Shown: positions 59,001-64,000 of the stretch, one piece after another | Layout: the number at the start of each line of letters is the position of its first letter | Numbering within the stretch: position 1 is the first letter of the stretch | Assembly (NCBI GenBank): GCA_950097015.1 | Contig: CATNEN010000038.1 | Span: 15,438,001 to 15,502,000, forward strand | Length of the DNA: 64,000 bases | Source of the DNA: Macrostomum hystrix | Taxonomy: Eukaryota; Animalia; Platyhelminthes | Reading direction: 5' to 3' | Notes under the pieces: model-generated | What the model saw: the letters and a program-made list of their open reading frames with translations, nothing else | Database searches by the model: none | Told to the model about the DNA's origin: nothing | Made by a program: the position numbers and the translations under genes

Positions 59001-60841
59001 AGTCTGTTAGATTTACCATTGTCTGTTAGATTTCCCATAGTCTGTTATATTTCCCATTGTCTATTACATTTCCCATAGTCTGTTAGATCTCCCATAGTCT
59101 GTTAGATTTCCCATAGTCTGTTAGATCTCCCATAGTCTGTTAGATTTCCCATAGTCTGTTAGATCTCCCATAGTCTGTTAGATTTCCCATAGTCTGTTAG
59201 ATCTCCCATAGTCTGTTAGATTTCCCATAGTCTGTTAGATTTCCCATAGTTTGCTGTATGTCACATATTATGTTTCGTTTTTATGTACTTTTACTTATTG
59301 CCTACTTAAAGTAACAATGTGACAAAGGAACCTAAATGATTTTCCATCGTCTCGCAGGAGGCAAGAGCAAGTCCGTCGAGTTAGAGGACGTCAAATTTCA
59401 CCAATGCGTCAGACTGTCTCGCTTTGAGAACGATAGGACAATCTCTTTCATACCGCCAGACGGAGAGTTCGAGCTCATGTCCTATCGACTCAATACTCTC
59501 GTGAGTTGTTCTCAAATAGTCTGCTAAGTTTAGCTTTTTTGTAATTTTCAGATTAACGTTTCATCTAATCTTCTCTTAATCCACTAGGTTAAGCCGCTAA
59601 TCTGGGTTGAATCAGTTATCGAGCGGCACGCTCACAGTCGCGTTGAGTACATGATCAAGGTGACATTGAATAACAAATTTATGTGTGAATTTTCATATTC
59701 TGTATAGTCTATGCAAGTGTATTAACAGTAGACAGAGCACGCTATTGTGTGATAAATATTTTAGGCCAAAAGCCAGTTTAAGCAGCGCAGTACGGCCAAC
59801 AATGTCGACATCATCATTCCGGTGCCGCAGGATGTCGATTCGCCCAAGTTTAAGGTTTGTTCGTTTTACATGATATTTATATTTTATCTTAATCTTTCTT
59901 TGTTTATCTTGCGCAACGTGGGACAATGCTACAAGCGGAGACGGCCTGGCTAATTATCTTAGTCACTTCTATCGTCCCAATGCAGTGTATATTGTACACA
60001 CTCTTCACTGTATCTCGTCTCTCCAGTGGCCACGTAATTGGCCCCTCTCTCACTCAAATGTACATTAGCTAGTTTCCAGACTGATCCCTATCACGTTGAT
60101 GTACATTCGCATGCTGGCTAGCCCCTCACACCTCAATGTTCATTTAGCCCCCAGACTAAACTTTCTCACCCCGATGTACATTTAGCCTCCAGATTTAACC
60201 CTTTCACAATAATGTACGTAAGACCCCAGACACCCAAATGTACATTTAGCCCCCAGCTAAAATTTCTCACCCTAACGAACATTCACCCCCAGACTAAACC
60301 CTCCCATCTCAATGTACATTCAGCCCCAGAATAACCTTTCTCAGCCAATATACGCGCTCGTACATTACCCACAGACTATAACTTCTGACCCCAATGTACA
60401 TTATCCCACAGACTATACCTTCTAACCCCAATGTACATTACCACACAGACAATGCCTTCCTACCCCAGTGAATATTATTCCCCAGAAGCCCATTCAACCC
60501 AATGTACGCGTGCCACTTGACCAGCTCATTGACTATCATCAATTCAGACCACAGTTGGCAGCTGTCACTACCAGCCGGAGAGCAACACGGTGGTGTGGAG
60601 CATCAAATCCTTCCCAGGCGGCAAGGAGTACCTGATGCGCGCCCATTTCGGATTGCCCACAGTTGAAACAGAAGAATCAGAGGGCCGGCCTCCCATAGCT
60701 GTGAAGTTTGAGATACCCTACTTCACTGTGTCCGGCATTCAGGTTCGCTACTTGAAGATTATCGAGCGCAGCGGCTACCAGGCCCTGCCCTGGGTTCGCT
60801 ACATCACCCAGAATGGCGACTATCAGTTAAGAACGCAGTGA
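56058..60841 (+). CDS. AP1M1: AP-1 complex subunit mu-1; exons 56058-56345, 58138-58519, 59358-59500, 59588-59659, 59765-59854, 60548-60841
   Basis: [114 protein letters not shown]; all junctions GT-AG and in phase. Confidence 0.97.
56610..58123. repeat. 31-bp minisatellite (aatcccaatccctaaatccttcaatcatgga) in AP1M1 intron 1
   Basis: Direct inspection; runs to within about 15 nt of the acceptor. Confidence 0.95.
58548..59250. repeat. 19-bp minisatellite (gttagatttcccatagtct) in AP1M1 intron 2
   Basis: Direct inspection. Confidence 0.95.
60045..60510. repeat. Degenerate ~35-40-bp repeat with an aatgtacatt...cccagac core in AP1M1 intron 5
   Basis: Recurring aatgtaca and cccagact motifs. Confidence 0.65.
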
Positions 60842-61274
60842 TCAGTTCTACTCTCCCCCGACAACCCCTACCAGTGCTGGGATTGGACAGAATTTTGATG
60901 CCTATGTTTTTTCTTTAATACGATTTAGCTAGTAGTACTACTACTACTAGTAGTTTGTACGAGCCGAGTTGTTTTCTTAGAAATTATTTTTACGGCAGAT
61001 TGTACGTTCTGTTTACGGGATCACTTACTTTGGGATAGCGTTTTTTGGTTCAAACTGACTTTTTAAAAATGACTGCAAATCGCAAAATATTGCAAATTCC
61101 ACTGGGATCTATTTAAACATGCCTAATTGTTTTTTTATTCAAAATTTAGCGACCAAGTCTAGACATAATCTACCATTAATAGCACAAATAGTGTATCCTA
61201 ACTATCAATTGCATACTATTATATCCTATTATTAATAGCATAGTTATTATATCCTACTATCAATAGCATAGTTA

Positions 61275-64000
61275 CTAGCAAGTTTTGCCCCCCTTCGGGG
61301 AGCAGAAATACTTTTAATTCGGCTAGTATATACTTTTTAGCAGCTGAATTTACAGCTTTTTAAAGCTACAATGAACCCCCAGTTGACAATGATCCCCCAG
61401 TTGACAATGATCCCCAAGTTGACAATGAACCCCCAGTTGACAATGAACCCCCAGTTGACAACGATCCCACAGTTGACAATGATCCCCCATTTGACAATGA
61501 TCCCCCAGTTGACAATGATCCCACAGTTAACAATGATCCCCCAGTTGACAAAGATCCCCCAGTTCACAATGATCACCCAGTTGACAATGAACCCCCAGTT
61601 GACAACGATCCCACAGTTGACAATGATCCCCCATTTGACAATGATCCCCCAGTTGACAATGATCCCACAGTTGACAATGATCCCCCAGTTGACAAAGATC
61701 CCCCAGTTCACAATGATCACCCAGTTGATGATGATCCCCCAGTTGATGATGATCCCCCAGTTGAAAATGATCCCCCAGTTGACAATGATCCCCCAGTTGA
61801 CAATGATCCCCCAGTTAACAAAGATCCCCCAGTTCACAATGATCCCCCAGTTGATGAAGTCTCCCCATTGATGATGATCCCCAGTTAACAATGTTCCTCC
61901 ATTTGACAATGTTCCCCCAGTTGACAATGATCCCCCAGTTGATGATGATCACCCAGTTGACAATGATCCCCCCGTTGATGATGATCCCCCAGTTGACAAT
62001 GAACCCCCAGTTGACAATGAACCCCCAGTTGACAACGATCCCACAGTTGACAATGATCCCCCATTTGACAATGATCCCCCAGTTGACAATGATCCCACAG
62101 TTGACAATGATCCCCCAGTTGACAAAGATCCCCCAGTTCACAATGATCACCCAGTTGATGATGATCCCCCAGTTGATGATGATCCCCCAGTTGAAAATGA
62201 TCGCCCAGTTGACAATGATCCCCCATTTGACAATGATCCCCCAGTTGACAATGATCCCCCAGTTAACAAAGATCCCCCAGTTCACAATGATCCCCCAGTT
62301 GATGAAGTCTCCCCATTGATGATGATCCCCAGTTAACAATGTTCCTCCATTTGACAATGTTCCCCCAGTTAACAATGATCCCCCAGTTGATGATGATCAC
62401 CCAGTTGACAATGATCCCCCAGTTGACAATGATCCCCCAGTTGACAATGATCCCCCAGTTAATGATGATCCCCCAGTTGAAAATGATCCCCCAGTTGACA
62501 ATGATCCCCCAGTTGAGAATGATCCCCCAGTTGACAATGATCCCCCAGTTAACAAAGATCCCCCAGTTCACAATGATCCCCCAGTTGATGAAGTCTCCCC
62601 ATTGATGATGATCCCTAGTTAACAATGTTCCTCCAGTTGACAATGATCCCCCAGTTGACAATGATCCCGCCGGTTGACAATGATCCCACAGTTGACAATG
62701 AACCCCCAGTTGACAATGATCCCCCAGTTGATGATGATCCCCCAGTTGACAATGATCCCCCAGTTGACAATGATCCCCCAGTTGACAATGATCCCCCAGT
62801 TGATGATGATCCCCCAGTTGAAAATGATCCGCCAGTTGACAATGATCCCCCGGTTGAGAATGATCCCCCAGTTGACAATGATCCCCCAGTTAACAAAGAT
62901 CCCCCAGTTCACAATGATCCCCCAGTTGATGAAGTCTCCCCATTGATGATGATCCCCAGTTAACAATGTTCCTGCAGTTGACAATGTTCCCCTAGTTGAT
63001 GATGATCACCCAGTTGACAATGATCCCACAGTTGACAATGATCCCCCAGTTGACAATGATCCCCCAGTTGACAATGATCCCGCCGGTTGACAATGATCCC
63101 ACAGTTGACAATGAACCCCCAGTTGACAATGATCCCCCAGTTGATGATGATCCCCCAGTTGACAATGATCCCCCAGTTGACAATGATCCCCCAGTTGACA
63201 ATGATCCCCCAGTTGATGATGATCCCCCAGTTGAAAATGATCCGCCAGTTGACAATGATCCCCCGGTTGAGAATGATCCCCCAGTTGACAATGATCCCCC
63301 AGTTAACAAAGATCCCCCAGTTCACAATGATCCCCCAGTTGATGAAGTCTCCCCATTGATGATGATCCCCAGTTAACAATGTTCCTCCAGTTGACAATGT
63401 TCCCCTAGTTGATGATGATCACCCAGTTGACAATGATCCCACAGTTGACAATGATCCCCCAGTTGACAATGATCCCCCAGTTGACAATGATCCCGCCGGT
63501 TGACAATGATCCCACAGTTGACAATGATCCCCCAGTTCACAATGATCCCCCGGTTGATGATGATCCCCCAGTTGATGATGATACCCCATTTGAAAATGAT
63601 CCCCCAGTTGACAATGATCCCCCAGTTGAGAATGATCCACCAGTTGAGAATGATCCCCCAGTTAACAAAGATCCCCCAGTTCACAATGATCCCCCAGTTG
63701 ATGAAGTCTCCCCATTGATGATGATCCCCAGTTAACATTGTTCCTCCAGCTGACAATGTTCCTCCAGTTGACAATGATCCCCCAGTTGATGATGATCACC
63801 CAGTTGACAATGATCCCCTAGTTGACAATGATCCCCCAGTTGACAATGATCCCCCAGTTGACAATGATCCCCCAGTTGATGATGATCCCCCAGTTGAAAA
63901 TGATCCGCCAGTTGACAATGATCCCCCGGTTGAGAATGATCCCCCAGTTGACAATGATCCCCCAGTTAACAAAGATCCCCCAGTTCACAATGATCCCCCA
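61275..64000 (-). mobile_element. Second copy of the non-autonomous Helitron (3' end plus expanded 18-bp satellite; continues past the window)
   Basis: 61275-61370 is the reverse complement of 33220-33313 (CTAG|T end, hairpin), followed by more than 2.6 kb of cagttgacaatgatcccc repeats. Confidence 0.85.

Noticed and set aside
61337-63774. WGIIVN / LGDHCQ hexapeptide-repeat ORFs resembling a beta-helix (also 32661-33238)
   Set aside because: 18-bp satellite inside a Helitron with frequent 17- and 19-bp units that break the frame

Overview
Eukaryotic (metazoan) genomic DNA with GT-AG introns and many minisatellites. The overall style suggests a free-living flatworm such as Macrostomum; this is inference and was not verified. 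Bases 1-5662 are the 3' part of a Ty3/gypsy-type LTR retroelement lying antisense in an intron of a FAM221B-like gene. In this element a herpes-gB-like envelope ORF sits upstream of, and in frame with, the protease/pol ORF, separated by a single TGA. The RT/RNase H/integrase core has been deleted in frame, and three orphan accessory ORFs, each preceded by a splice acceptor, lie before the PPT and 3' LTR. Host genes are FAM221B-like (-), a secreted PAN + glycine-rich protein (+), ANKEF1 (+), SmE then GNPDA (-), and a co-oriented run BTF3, UPRT, STX5, AP1M1 (+). Most of these genes have an unpaired 3' splice acceptor just before the ATG, consistent with SL trans-splicing and operons. Other mobile DNA: two tRNA-derived SINE families, a LINE RNase H fragment, a deleted IS630/Tc1-like transposon, two hAT MITEs in inverted orientation, a solo LTR, and two non-autonomous Helitrons carrying satellite arrays. 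The long ORFs at 44-47 kb, 52-55 kb and 61-64 kb are artefacts of tandem repeats.
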